A stretch of 63,581 nucleotides of DNA, filler included, from Craspedostauros australis (taxonomy: Eukaryota), in NCBI GenBank assembly GCA_030167865.1. It is 8 parts of 8 records of this genome, joined end to end, with 100 filler letters (N's around TTAATTAATTAA, not from the genome) between each part and the next. Parts side by side here need not be neighbours in the genome. Positions count along the whole stretch, not along the records: positions 30,435 to 51,375 come from JALAGF010005418.1; positions 51,476 to 53,347 come from JALAGF010005424.1; positions 53,448 to 55,594 come from JALAGF010005426.1; 5 more parts are not named here. One strand, 5' to 3'. This document shows, piece after piece, positions 44,732-55,694 of the stretch. The translations under genes were made by a program, and so were the position numbers. The notes beneath the pieces were generated by a model. It was not told where the DNA came from. It worked only from the letters and a program-made list of their open reading frames with translations, and did no database searches. Within the stretch, counting starts at the first letter, position 1, and each line of letters begins with the position of its first letter.

Positions 44732-46483
44732 ATGAGTGAAGCAACGAAGGCGACCATCCTGCCAGAACTCTCACGGACTTGGAAGTACCATCATGACGCA
44801 AACTATGAATCGGGTTCGACAGACAATCAGGATACGAGCACGACGGAACCAGCGAGCAAACGGTTGAAGCGGCTGACCGAAGATCGCAAAGAACCACAGC
44901 AACAGCAATCAACTGACGCAGCATCGTCACCATGCTACGAGATCCGATCCATCCCATCCAAAGGCGGCATCGGCATGTTCGCGACGCGCGGTATCGCATG
45001 CGGCGATCTCATCATCGCGCACGAACGTCCAATCGTGGCGGCGAGGCATCATCCCGTGTCGCGCAACTTCTGTTTTGCCTGCTGCGCACCTGTGGGATCC
45101 TTGCAGCAGCACGTTCAGGACGATGATGTGGACTTGCAATTTGAGACGTACTCCACCAAGGAGGATGGCACCAGCTGGTGTTCGGCCGCGTGCTACGCAG
45201 CATCGCGGGTGAGGCATGTTATGACTGCGCATGCCGACGGCGGCACGAACGCATCCAACAGTGGTGAGATGAAGAGAAAGATGGATGCGGCAACACCAAA
45301 TCAACGACGAGGCGGCGACAGCAAAGTGGAGGAATTCATCCGGGCGTTGGATGTCCATGACAGCGATACGCACCCCCTGCTCTTCCGTTTGGCGTTCCAT
45401 GCCATTATCCTCATCATCGCCACGCTTGTGAAGAAGGAATCGACAACAAATCTACCACCCAATGATGACGATGACGACGACGATGACGATGACGATGACG
45501 ATCGACTCATTGTGGATGGGATCGCCATCCCTGGGCAATTCGAGCCTCTCTTATGGTGGAACGATTACGGATCCCATCCATTGTGGTGGAACATTGCTAC
45601 CAAGACTCCCAACGCATTCAAACGAAGGTTGGTTCAACAGTTCTGCGACTGCCTTGCGCATGATCTTCCCGCCGCCAAGTCGATCTGCCAACGTCCCAAC
45701 TCCATCGGTGCGCTATTGGGCATGCTGCAATGCAATGTCATGGAATTCGAATATCCATCGCCCAGCCAACAGTACCTTGAGATGATGCAGGAAGAACCAC
45801 CCCACGATCCGCAACTCGCAGCAGGAGCAGGAGCAGCCTCCGTGATCGGATCGGGGTTGTATCCTTTGCTGACATTGGCGAATCATGATTGTGCGCCCAA
45901 TGCATCGATCGAATTCTTACGAGAATCGAATCATGGATCGATGGTGGCATTGCGCAACATACGCGCAGGGGAGGAGATCACCATTACGTACGTGCCAAAT
46001 GGAGGCGATTGCGTGGACGAAGGTGATGATGATGAAGATGGCGACATTGATGCCAGTGATCGATTTCGGTATTACCAACCAACGAGGACGTGGAAGTACT
46101 TGAATCAAGTGATGACGGGAGACGAAGACACAGACGAGGATAGTGATGGTGATGATGATGGAAATGAATATGAATATGATGAACACGATGAAGGCCATGC
46201 TGATGCTGAAGAGATGGGAGTGGAGGGGACTCCTGGTGATGATGATTCTCAACGATCAGACCGCGATGAGCCTACGAGAAAGAAAGCTGAAGAGGAGGAG
46301 GAGGATTCACTGAGTGCTGAAGGCAACGATTGGAAGCAACGGCAGGAGTGGCTGACAGCGTACGACTTCGAATGCTGCTGTCAACGTTGCAAAATGGAAG
46401 GCAACAAACACAACCAAAACCTCGAAACAGGACTTGACTCGAGCACGAGGTGTTTTGATGCCGCGAGTCGTCGTCCACGATAG
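44732..46483 (+). CDS. SMYD-like split SET-domain lysine methyltransferase
   Basis: GIGMFATRGIACGDLII, CxxC..WCSxxC (MYND-like), GLYPLLTLANHDCAPNA, ALRNIRAGEEITITY, post-SET FECCCQRC. Confidence 0.9.
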   Translation: MSEATKATILPELSRTWKYHHDANYESGSTDNQDTSTTEPASKRLKRLTEDRKEPQQQQSTDAASSPCYEIRSIPSKGGIGMFATRGIACGDLIIAHERPIVAARHHPVSRNFCFACCAPVGSLQQHVQDDDVDLQFETYSTKEDGTSWCSAACYAASRVRHVMTAHADGGTNASNSGEMKRKMDAATPNQRRGGDSKVEEFIRALDVHDSDTHPLLFRLAFHAIILIIATLVKKESTTNLPPNDDDDDDDDDDDDDRLIVDGIAIPGQFEPLLWWNDYGSHPLWWNIATKTPNAFKRRLVQQFCDCLAHDLPAAKSICQRPNSIGALLGMLQCNVMEFEYPSPSQQYLEMMQEEPPHDPQLAAGAGAASVIGSGLYPLLTLANHDCAPNASIEFLRESNHGSMVALRNIRAGEEITITYVPNGGDCVDEGDDDEDGDIDASDRFRYYQPTRTWKYLNQVMTGDEDTDEDSDGDDDGNEYEYDEHDEGHADAEEMGVEGTPGDDDSQRSDRDEPTRKKAEEEEEDSLSAEGNDWKQRQEWLTAYDFECCCQRCKMEGNKHNQNLETGLDSSTRCFDAASRRPR

Positions 46484-46881
46484 CAAAGGGTAAGTCATAT
46501 TACTCAACACATTGTTATGAACAGATAGCTATTTACTTCTCAAGTCAATTGGTTGGTTCCTCGTATTGATTCTCTGGGTTGCAATGCATCCGCCCATGAT
46601 CAATCAATGCTTGTGTTGTTGCTGTTGTTGCTGCTATGACATAGACGTTCACCGCAGGTGAAGGGGTGAAATCCGAGGAGGGCAAACTTGGGTTACGAAG
46701 AGAAACAGGCCGGGAATGGATAGTAAAGAGACAGTGATCGTTTTTTGTTCCCCCACTCGTTCCAGAGCGTGGGTCGATCGTACATACACACAGCAGCGCT
46801 GGATGCCCTCCTCTTTTCCTCGGAACAACATTGGTATTGTTTTTTGTGCGTTTGCGCACACCTCATGCGAGCGTCGCGGAT

Positions 46882-49800
46882 CTACAAGTCGACGATATCT
46901 GGCTGCTGGTGTTGCTGGCGCAAGTACGATTCAGGCATGCTGGCCGTTTGTGGGACATCCATGTCGGCATCCGCATAAGCAGTGTGGCTGCGCATGCTTT
47001 GGCTACGCATCGTCTGACTTCGCATGCTGACGCTGTTGTCATCCATGGTAGGTTCGATGTGGCCGCTGTTGTGTGGCGAGATATCATGGTCGCCATCATC
47101 GTCGGAATTGTCAAGGATCTCGTGGAGACTGTCGTTCGCGGCAAGACCGCGTTTGTTCTGGACGAGATCGTCGACATCGACATCGGTGTCGTCAATGTCG
47201 TTGTGTTCCTCGAAGATGTCATCCAGACTGTCGTTGACCGTGATGACATTGGTGTTGTCGCTGCGGTGGTGAGTGTTGCGCATGGTGTGATCATCATCGG
47301 TGTAGATGTCGACATCCATAAGCTCATCATTCTCGTTCTCGACGACGGCGACGTCGGTCGGTTGAGTCATGATGTGGCGGTCGGCATCTGCACCTTGGTC
47401 TTCCTCGTCTTCGATGTCGTTGTGGATGTCATCGTGAAGAGTGTTGTCGTCTTGCTGCTCTTCATTGAACAATTCGTCGTCCTTGTCAGCAACGACGTCG
47501 TCTCTCATGGATTCGTCGACGATGTCATCCATTTCGTTGTCATCAACGTCCTCATCATTGCTGTGGCCGATGCCGCGGCTGTTGATGTTGTTGTTGATGT
47601 ATTCGGTCTTGTTGTTGGCGCCGGTTTGGGCGTCCATTTCATCCATGGACGACACGATCTCGGGCATGTCCAGGATGGATTCATCGTCATCAGCATCGCG
47701 TGGTTCGTTGCTGTCGTTCGACATCAAGGAAGTCTTCCGTTCTTCGTTGGAGCCGCCAGCGGCGAGGACAGTCGTGTCGGTGGATTGCACATCGAATTGC
47801 TCCCCATATTCCGGAGGGGTGGCATTGGGGTCCACTCCGGCTGCGGCAGCCGCGTTCTCGACGTCTCGGAATGCCTCGGAAGCGGTCTTCTTCGGGGATG
47901 GTATGAAAGTGATGTTGTCGCCTCTTGTGGCTTTGCAGATCTTGCACAGTGCGCTCTTGCAGCTGTGCACATTCATCGTGGAATGCTGGATGCCAAGATC
48001 CCTTGAGTTTGGTGCGACGAGGACATCGAGACCGTCGTCGTAACTGAGTGCATCCTCGTCGGTTTCCAGAGACAGGCTGTCGAGGGTCGGTGATCGCATC
48101 TGGTTGTTGGGGTCGTACCTGCTGTATTCGTTGATGGTGTCGAGGCCGGTGTCGAGACCGCTCTCAAGCTGATCGTCGCCACTGTCAGTGTCATCGTCGC
48201 CCATCGCACCGACCATGCCAGCAGCCATGCCGCCGGCCATCATGGCACTTCCCATACCACGGGTCAGGCCCGTGTCAAGTCCGTCACCCATGCCGTCGTC
48301 CATGCTGTCGTCCAGGCTTCTGTCGGCGTTCATGGGGGAGGAAGAGTAGAATCCGTCCATTCGGGTCTCGTGGCAGTGTTCGCAGTTGGTGGACAGGTAG
48401 CATGCTCCACCACGTGTGAAGTGGTACATGCCATCGTGGTAGGATCGTGGAGGGTCGCCTGTGCCGACGAGGACATAGTCTTGGTCGACAAGGAGCTGTC
48501 GATGGGCAACGACCACAGTTGACTTGCGCTTGCTGACCATGAGGAAACCGAAAAGAGCGAGGAGGAAGAGGGGGATGGCTAACGCAACTGCCAATCCGAT
48601 ACCGTCGTCGCTGTCATCGCCATCCCCTTCGTCTGTGTCGATACCGCGGGTGACGTTGCCCGAACCGAGTCCGCCATCGCCATCATCACCATCGGTGCTG
48701 TCGTCGCCGCCGCCGACGCTGCCTCGCGGAGGTGCCACCACAATGATGCCACCGCCGCCATCATCTGATGTGTTGGTGTCGGTGCCGTTGACGTCTGTGG
48801 AATTCGATCCGTCGTCGATGCTGTCAGTGGAGTTCCCTCCAGTACCATCGCCTCCGGATCCATCAGTGGAGTTTCCTCCGGTACCGTCACCGCCAGATCC
48901 ATCCGTGGAGTTGCCTCCATTGCCGTCGCCACCAGAGCCATCGGTGGAGTTTCCTCCGTTTCCGTTGCCACCGGATCCATCCGTGGAGTTTCCTCCAGTG
49001 CCGTCGCCACCAGAACCATCGGTGGAGTTTCCTCCGTTTCCGTCACCGCCAGAGCCATCGGTGGAGTTGCCTCCGGATCCATCCGTGGAGTTACCTCCAG
49101 TACCATCGCCTCCGGATCCATCAGTAGAGTTGCCTCCAGTACCGTCACCGCCCGATCCATCCGTGGAGTTTCCTCCAGTACCATCGCCACCAGATCCATC
49201 AGTGGAGTTTCCAGCAGTACCGTCGCCTCCGGATCCATCCGTGGAGTTACCTCCATTGCCGTCGCCGCCAGAACCATCGGTGGAGTTGCCTCCAGTACCA
49301 TCGCCTCCGGATCCATCGGTGGAGTTTCCTCCATTGCCGTCGCCACCAGAACCATCAGTGGAGTTGCCTCCGTTTCCGTCACCGCCAGAACCATCAGTGG
49401 AATTGCCTCCAGTACCGTCACCGCCAGAGCCATCGGTGGAGTTGCCTCCAGTACCGTCACCGCCGGATCCATCAGTGGAGTTACCTCCAGTACCATCGCC
49501 ACCGGATCCATCGGTAGAATTGCCTCCGGATCCATCCGTGGAGTTTCCTCCAGTACCATCGCCACCAGATCCATCAGTGGAGTTGCCTCCGTTGCCTTCG
49601 CCTCCGGATCCATCCGTGGAGTTTCCTCCAGTACCATCGCCTCCGGATCCATCGGTGGAATTGCCTCCAGTGCCGTTGCCGCCAGAGCCATCGGTAGAAT
49701 TGCCTCCAGATCCATCAGTAGAGTTGCCTCCAGAACCATTGCCGCCGGAGCCATCGGTGGAGTTGCTTCCGCTTCCGTTGCCGCCAGAACCATCAGTAGA

Positions 49801-51375
49801 GTTGCCTCCAGTACCATTGCCGCCGGATCCATCGGTGGAGTTGCCTCCGCTTCCGTTGCCGCCGGAGCCATCGGTAGAGTTGCCTCCATTGCCGTCGCCA
49901 CCAGATCCATCGGTGGAGTTTCCTCCAGTACCATTGCCGCCGGAGCCATCGGTGGAGTTTCCTCCAGTACCATCGCCTCCGGATCCATCAGTGGAGTTCC
50001 CTCCATTGCCGTCACCGCCAGAGCCGTCGGTGGAGTTGCCTCCAGTACCATTGCCGCCGGATCCATCGGTGGAGTTGCCTCCGCTTCCGTTGCCGCCGGA
50101 NNNNNNNNNNNNNNNNNNNNNNNNNNNNNNNNNNNNNNNNNNNNNNNNNNNNNNNNNNNNNNNNNNNNNNNNNNNNNNNNNNNNNNNNNNNNNNNNNNNN
50201 NNNNNNNNNNNNNNNNNNCCATCAGTAGAGTTGCCTCCAGAACCATTGCCGCCGGAGCCATCGGTGGAGTTGCTTCCGCTTCCGTTGCCGCCAGAACCAT
50301 CAGTAGAGTTGCCTCCAGTACCATTGCCGCCGGATCCATCGGTGGAGTTGCCTCCGCTTCCGTTGCCGCCGGAGCCATCGGTAGAGTTGNNNNNNNNNNN
50401 NNNNNNNNNNNNNNNNNNNNNNNNNNNNNNNNNNNNNNNCCTCCAGTACCATTGCCGCCGGATCCATCGGTGGAGTTGCCTCCGCTTCCGTTGCCGCCGG
50501 AGCCATCGGTAGAGTTGCCTCCAGTACCATTGCCACCGGAGCCATCTGTGGAGTTGCCTCCGCTTCCGTTGCCGCCGGATCCATCCGTAGAGTTGCCTTC
50601 AGTGCCATTGCCGCCAGAGCCATCAGTAGAGTTGCCTCCAGAACCATTGCCGCCGGAGCCATCGGTGGAGTTGCTTCCGCTTCCGTTGCCGCCAGAACCA
50701 TCAGTAGAGTTGCCTCCAGTACCATTGCCGCCGGATCCATCGGTGGAGTTGCCTCCGCTTCCGTTGCCGCCGGAGCCATCGGTAGAGTTGCCTCCATTGC
50801 CGTCGCCACCAGATCCATCAGTAGAGTTTCCTCCAGTACCATTGCCGCCGGAGCCATCGGTAGAGTTGCCTCCGCTTCCGTTGCCGCCGGAGCCATCGGT
50901 GGAGTTGCCTCCGCTTCCGTCGCCACCAGATCCATCGGTGGAGTTGCCTCCAGTACCATTGCCGCCAGAACCATCGGTAGAGTTGCCTCCGGTGCCGTTG
51001 CCGCCAGAGCCATCGGTAGAGTTTCCTCCAGTACCGTCGCCTCCGGATCCATCGGTAGAGTTGCCTCCGCTTCCGTTGCCGCCAGATCCGTCGGTGGAGT
51101 TGCCTCCAGTGCCGTCGCCTCCGGAGCCATCGGTAGAGTTGCCTCCGTTTCCGTTGTTTCCATCACCACCAGATCCATCAGTGGAGTTTCCTCCAGTGCC
51201 ATTGCCGCCGGAGCCATCGGTAGAGTTGCCTCCGTTTCCGTTGCCGCCAGAGCCATCAGTGGAGTTGCCTCCAGTACCATTGCCACCAGAACCATCGGTA
51301 GAGTTGCCTCCGTTTCCGTTGCCGCCAGAGCCATCGGTGGAGTTTCCTCCAGTACCATTGCCGCCGGAGCCATCG
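46882..51375 (-). CDS. Large type I membrane protein with Gly/Ser/Asp/Asn tandem repeats and Cys/His cytoplasmic motifs (5' end missing)
   Basis: The frame of ORF 46882-48741 stays open upstream as ...STDGSGGDGTGGNSTDSIDDGSNSTDVNGTDTNTSDDGGGGIIVVAPPRG. TM IGLAVALAIPLFLLALFGFLMV + SKRK; YLSTNCEHCHETR and VHSCKSALCKIC; Asp-rich tail. Confidence 0.85.
48826..51375 (-). repeat. 39-bp coding tandem repeat array (DGSGG[D/N]G[T/N/S]GGNST), about 60 units with occasional 24-bp units
   Basis: Plus-strand unit ccatcggtggagttgcctccagtaccattgccgccgga repeats to the contig end; variation is mostly at third codon positions of the minus frame. Confidence 0.95.
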
Positions 51376-51949
51376 NNNNNNNNNNNNNNNNNNNNNNNNN
51401 NNNNNNNNNNNNNNNNNNNTTAATTAATTAANNNNNNNNNNNNNNNNNNNNNNNNNNNNNNNNNNNNNNNNNNNNAGTATCCGTAGTACCCGCAGCGACC
51501 ACACTGGTAGTACCCGCCGCAGCAACCGCAGCAAGAGCAGTCACAGCGCCAACAGCAGCTGCAACAGGAAGAGCAACATGGCATACTACCACGATGATGG
51601 TACCGATAGTGACAGCAGCATTTTGTCCGAGGTGAGCACCATTGCAGATGTCAATGAGCCAACAACCCCCAGCAANGACACCTTCTTCTCCTCCAATGAA
51701 GACTGATGAGCTCGAATGACACAACACAGTAGCGAGCGCAGAATCTACAAANTAAGCCTGCGCTCATGACCCGAACGGCTGTCCACCACGAAACAACCGT
51801 AACAATAATTAGCAGTAACAAATCACACACATTCCACAATCGTCTTGCCTGTGCGCCATTTTTCCGTGTGCCCCTGTAGTCCATTGAGTCATTCGATAGT
51901 TCGTGCGTGTGCCAAACTGTGCCGGATCGCAGGGTGTGCCTCCAATGGC

Positions 51950-52708
51950 CTGGGGCTTCCGGTAAAACGGACTATCGGACTAACGAACGGCATCACTATT
52001 TGGTTAACGGATAATGTTANNNNNNNNNNNNNNNNNNNNNNNNNNNNNNNNNNNNNNNNNNNNNNNNNNAACGGACTATCGGACTAACGAACGGCATCAC
52101 TATTTGGTTAACGGATAATGTTAGTCGTGAATGCGAAATGCTTAGTCCTGGTTTGAATGTCGTACTTGGATTTTATAGTTTTATCAATCCGTGATTGAAT
52201 TGTCTCTAGCCTACAGCGAAAAAATACACCCTAAAATAAGGCACCTTTTGAAAAGATGCCCTATTTAGGGCACGTTTTGTTTCACAATAGCCCAGCCAAG
52301 ATGGGCACATTCCACAAAACCATCAACGGGGAACAATGTGGACGTCTCTGAATGACGAATCAGAACATTAATACTTATCGTCATCTTGGCGTGACATGAC
52401 TTTGATAATCCTCTGTCGTCACGTTGTTGCACAAGATTTGCTTTTGCTCTTTCTATCGTCCAATCGGCTGCGAACAGCGACGTGTGGATGAGGGAGAAAA
52501 GATGCCCTATCTAAGGCACGTTTTGAAAAGGTACCTTAAATAAGGCACCTTTTGACATCACTCGGATACGAGTCGCGAGTGGCGACAACAATGTTGGAAG
52601 CACACGGCAACCAAGACTAATACAATCGCACTCACGACTATCATTGTTCGTCAGTCCGTTAACAACACGTCCGAGCCACCATGTCCGTTAGTTTACCGGA
52701 AGCCCCAG
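51950..52708. mobile_element. Non-autonomous TIR element (MITE), possibly PIF/Harbinger-like
   Basis: Perfect 17-bp inverted repeat CTGGGGCTTCCGGTAAA (51950-51966) / TTTACCGGAAGCCCCAG (52692-52708), subterminal aacggac motifs at both ends, AT-rich and non-coding interior. Confidence 0.8.
52221..52554. repeat. Four palindromic 29-30-bp units (2+2) inside the MITE
   Basis: AAAAGATGCCCTATTTAGGGCACGTTTTG-like units at 52221, 52251, 52497 and 52526. Confidence 0.85.
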
Positions 52709-53447
52709 TCACGCACTTCCCACAGTACACCACACAAACACCATGATCTCCAACTCCCACAATAGCAACACCTGGGACACTCGGCAAATGCATCAACCTC
52801 GACGGCATTCGACTAATTCGACCTCATCGCTCTTCTCCTTCAATTTTTCGCTTCGTTCTCCTCTTCGAAGGCCATCATTGTAAAAAGTACGTTGGGAATG
52901 ATACGTTAAATAATTGCTCTCATTTAAATGTCAATGACATGTACACAGGCATACTCATAACATATTGATATTTGTTGTTCAAGCTGTCGAGTCCCGCGCA
53001 ACTCCTCTCCAAAACAAAAAATGGAAAGCTCAATGGAAAATGGATTTCGCTTTTCCATTAATTGAAAGCCAGTCCCGATAATGTAAAAAAAATTGATAAT
53101 GGAAACGCGTTTTCAATTAATTGATTTCGCTCCAAAAAATGGAAAGCAATTGGGCCCAGCGCAATTCTAAAAGGCCAACCTCAATCACTCGTGAATGACG
53201 TCCCACAATGACATTCCATCTCAGCCAGTCTTCTCTGCCCACGCAACTTGACAACAGATGATCACCAAACAAACACAGCAACATGAGTCTCAACACCCGA
53301 GATGACAAGGAATAAGCACAACAATAGTGGGCTAATTTTGTTACTATNNNNNNNNNNNNNNNNNNNNNNNNNNNNNNNNNNNNNNNNNNNNTTAATTAAT
53401 TAANNNNNNNNNNNNNNNNNNNNNNNNNNNNNNNNNNNNNNNNNNNN

Positions 53448-53529
53448 CGTAATGAAATAGCAAACGAACGACTATCAACCAATACCATCTTCCACGATCG
53501 TAGGTTACCGTGAGCGGAACTTGCCAACA
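53448..53529 (+). repeat. LTR family B, copy 3 (terminal 82 bp), inserted in the 3' LTR of element C
   Basis: Reverse complement of 17898-17978 with few mismatches; ends CTTGCCAACA. Confidence 0.9.
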
Positions 53530-53728
53530 CAATTCGCCATCGTCCTCAAAACATGTCACATCATTAGTCTGTCCGTCGTCCGTCACACTCTTGACACACA
53601 GAGGAGGAGGTCCACAATCGACTTGGGAGCGTGTCCGACTTTGTTAGATCGGTCAGTCTATTTTTGGTATTATGGGAGGTGTGGCAATCTAGGATAACAC
53701 GACATAGTCGTACCCTCGATTCCTGACA
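53530..53728 (-). repeat. 5' part of the 3' LTR of copia element C
   Basis: PPT GGAAGGG (53729-53735) then TGTCAGGAATCGAGGGTACGACT; homologous to the start of the solo LTR at 15545. Confidence 0.85.
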
Positions 53729-53799
53729 CCCTTCCATTGTCGCATCGACATCATACCATAGACTCCACACTCCATCACTCTCTTGNNCCACCATCCCTC

Positions 53800-55594
53800 T
53801 CACTCTTCTCGGTCCACTGCTGACCGAGGCTGGATGATATCTCCCTTGTGTCTGTCGTAGATCTCCTTCTTCGTGTTCTTGGTGAAGCCGTCTGCGATGC
53901 TGTCCTCTGAACGTACGAACCGGGCTCTAGCCTCTTTGTTTGCAATCAGCTCTCGGATGAAGTGATGTGGGATATCGATGTGTCTGGTTCTGGCCGATGT
54001 AGATGGGTTGGAAGCGATGAAGATTGCTCCCACGTTGTCAACCATCACGTCTGTCGGCNNNNNNNNNNNNNNNNNNNNNNNNNNNNNNNNNNNNNNNNNN
54101 NNNNNNNNNNNNNNNNNNNNNNNNNNNNNNNNNNNNNNNNNNNNNNNNNNNNNNNNNNNNNNNNNNNNNNNNNNNNNNNNNNNNCTCCAGATGATAGGCA
54201 CTCCCTGTAGTAGGACGAGGTGTCCTCCCACACTGATGCGATTGTCCTTGTCACCAGCGAACTCGCTGTTGGTGTACACCACAATCTTCCATGCATCGTT
54301 CTCCAAGGGTTTCGGTCTCATCTTCAAACCGTACTCTCTCGTATCCGACACAAACTTCATGACTCTCAGCATCTCCTTGTATGCTGCGGCTGTTGGTCCA
54401 TCCAACACCTTGGTCAGTTCTCACACTGCATTGGCGATGTCGGGTCGTGAGTGTTTCACCAGGTACAGCAGCATCCCCACTCCGCTTCGGTAGTTGCTGT
54501 GTCGCTGCTTGTCGACCTTTGGTGAGTCACTCTCTCTCTGGATGCCTTGTCCNGGCGTCCCTGGTGTNCCGTATCGTTGCAGCTTCATCACATCNTCCTT
54601 GAAAGTGCTGACAATGTTGTTGATGATGTGCGGTTGGTTCACCCAGCAATTGGTCTTGTCGTGGTTGAAGTTGATCTTGCAACTGAGGTAGTCTTCGAGA
54701 TCTTCTTCCACCTTGATACCGAATCGCTTTGCCTTGATGTCCCCCACGAGGTCCTTCAGCTCCNNNNNNNNNNNNNNNNNNNNNNNNNNNNNNNNNNNNN
54801 NNNNNNNNNNNNNATCCCCGATGCACAGGCAGTCGTCGACGTAGGTTCCGATCAGTAGCATTCTCCCTTCCTGATTCCGAATCAGGAGGCATGGATCAAC
54901 CTTGCTTTGTCTGAATCCCATTTCGATCAGGATGTCGACCAGCTTTTTGTTCCATTGCCTGGCGCTCTGCACGAGCCCATAGATCGTCTTCTTGAGCAGC
55001 AAGCATTCATTGACTTCATGCCTCATGCCTTTCGGGCATTGCATGTAGATCTCCTCTTCGAGATCCCCATGCAAGAACGCTGTCTCGAAGTCGATGATGA
55101 TNCAGTCCATTCGAAGAAGCATCTTCATGGTTAGCATCACTCGGTAGGTNGCGTCGTGGATCACNGGTGCNTGATGCGCTGAGAAGTCGACTCCTGCAAT
55201 CTGGGAATACCCACATGCAACCAATCGGGCGCGGAATACGCCGTTCCTCTTCTCCTTGAACACCCACTTGGTCTTCACGCATCGCCGATCGTCTGGCATC
55301 TCGCTCTTCTTGATCTTCTGCCACACTCCTCTTCTGGCCATGTCGGTGAATTCCTTATTGATGGCTCCACGCCACTTCTCTCTCTTCTCGGGATTAGCAT
55401 GATCCCAGCACTCCTCGAACGTCGTTGGATCCAACATCACGGCCGTATTGGCTTGTTCGGACCACTCACCATTCCGTTCGTTCTCAACGTCCTGACTCGC
55501 AGCGATGAAATCGATAAGTCTCATCCTCCCTTGGGTAGTATCGATCATCATGCCGGCGACGTCCCTGTTGAACATCGACCCATCTGTGTGGAAG
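53800..55594 (-). pseudogene. pol: RT-RNase H of Ty1/copia element C (partial)
   Basis: KWVFKEK..FRARLVACGYSQ, DFETAFLHG, KTIYGLVQSA, YVDD, SRPDIANAV*ELTK (TGA at 54421), DNVGAI, RTRHIDI, ADGFTKN. Confidence 0.93.
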
Positions 55595-55694
55595 NNNNNN
55601 NNNNNNNNNNNNNNNNNNNNNNNNNNNNNNNNNNNNNNTTAATTAATTAANNNNNNNNNNNNNNNNNNNNNNNNNNNNNNNNNNNNNNNNNNNN

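Noticed and set aside
37483..46483. Folate transporter next to two methyltransferases as a methyl-metabolism cluster
   Set aside because: Unrelated families with different probable compartments; no evidence beyond adjacency.
46831..48043. Val-rich plus-strand ORFs
   Set aside because: Antisense shadows of the Asp-rich tail of the minus-strand membrane protein.
48826..51375. Regular short repeats as a CRISPR-like array
   Set aside because: Units are contiguous with no unique spacers, are multiples of 3, and are coding; the context is eukaryotic.
48524..51423. Plus-strand proline-rich extensin-like ORFs (PPVPSPPDPSVE) and the minus-strand MAPAATEAEA frame
   Set aside because: Shadow frames of the Gly-rich repeat; only the DGSGG..NST frame joins the TM and Cys-motif C-terminus.
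51476..51710. Gln/Pro-rich coding-like remnant
   Set aside because: Contains TAG stops and a frame change, is cut by the contig edge, and has no identifiable family.
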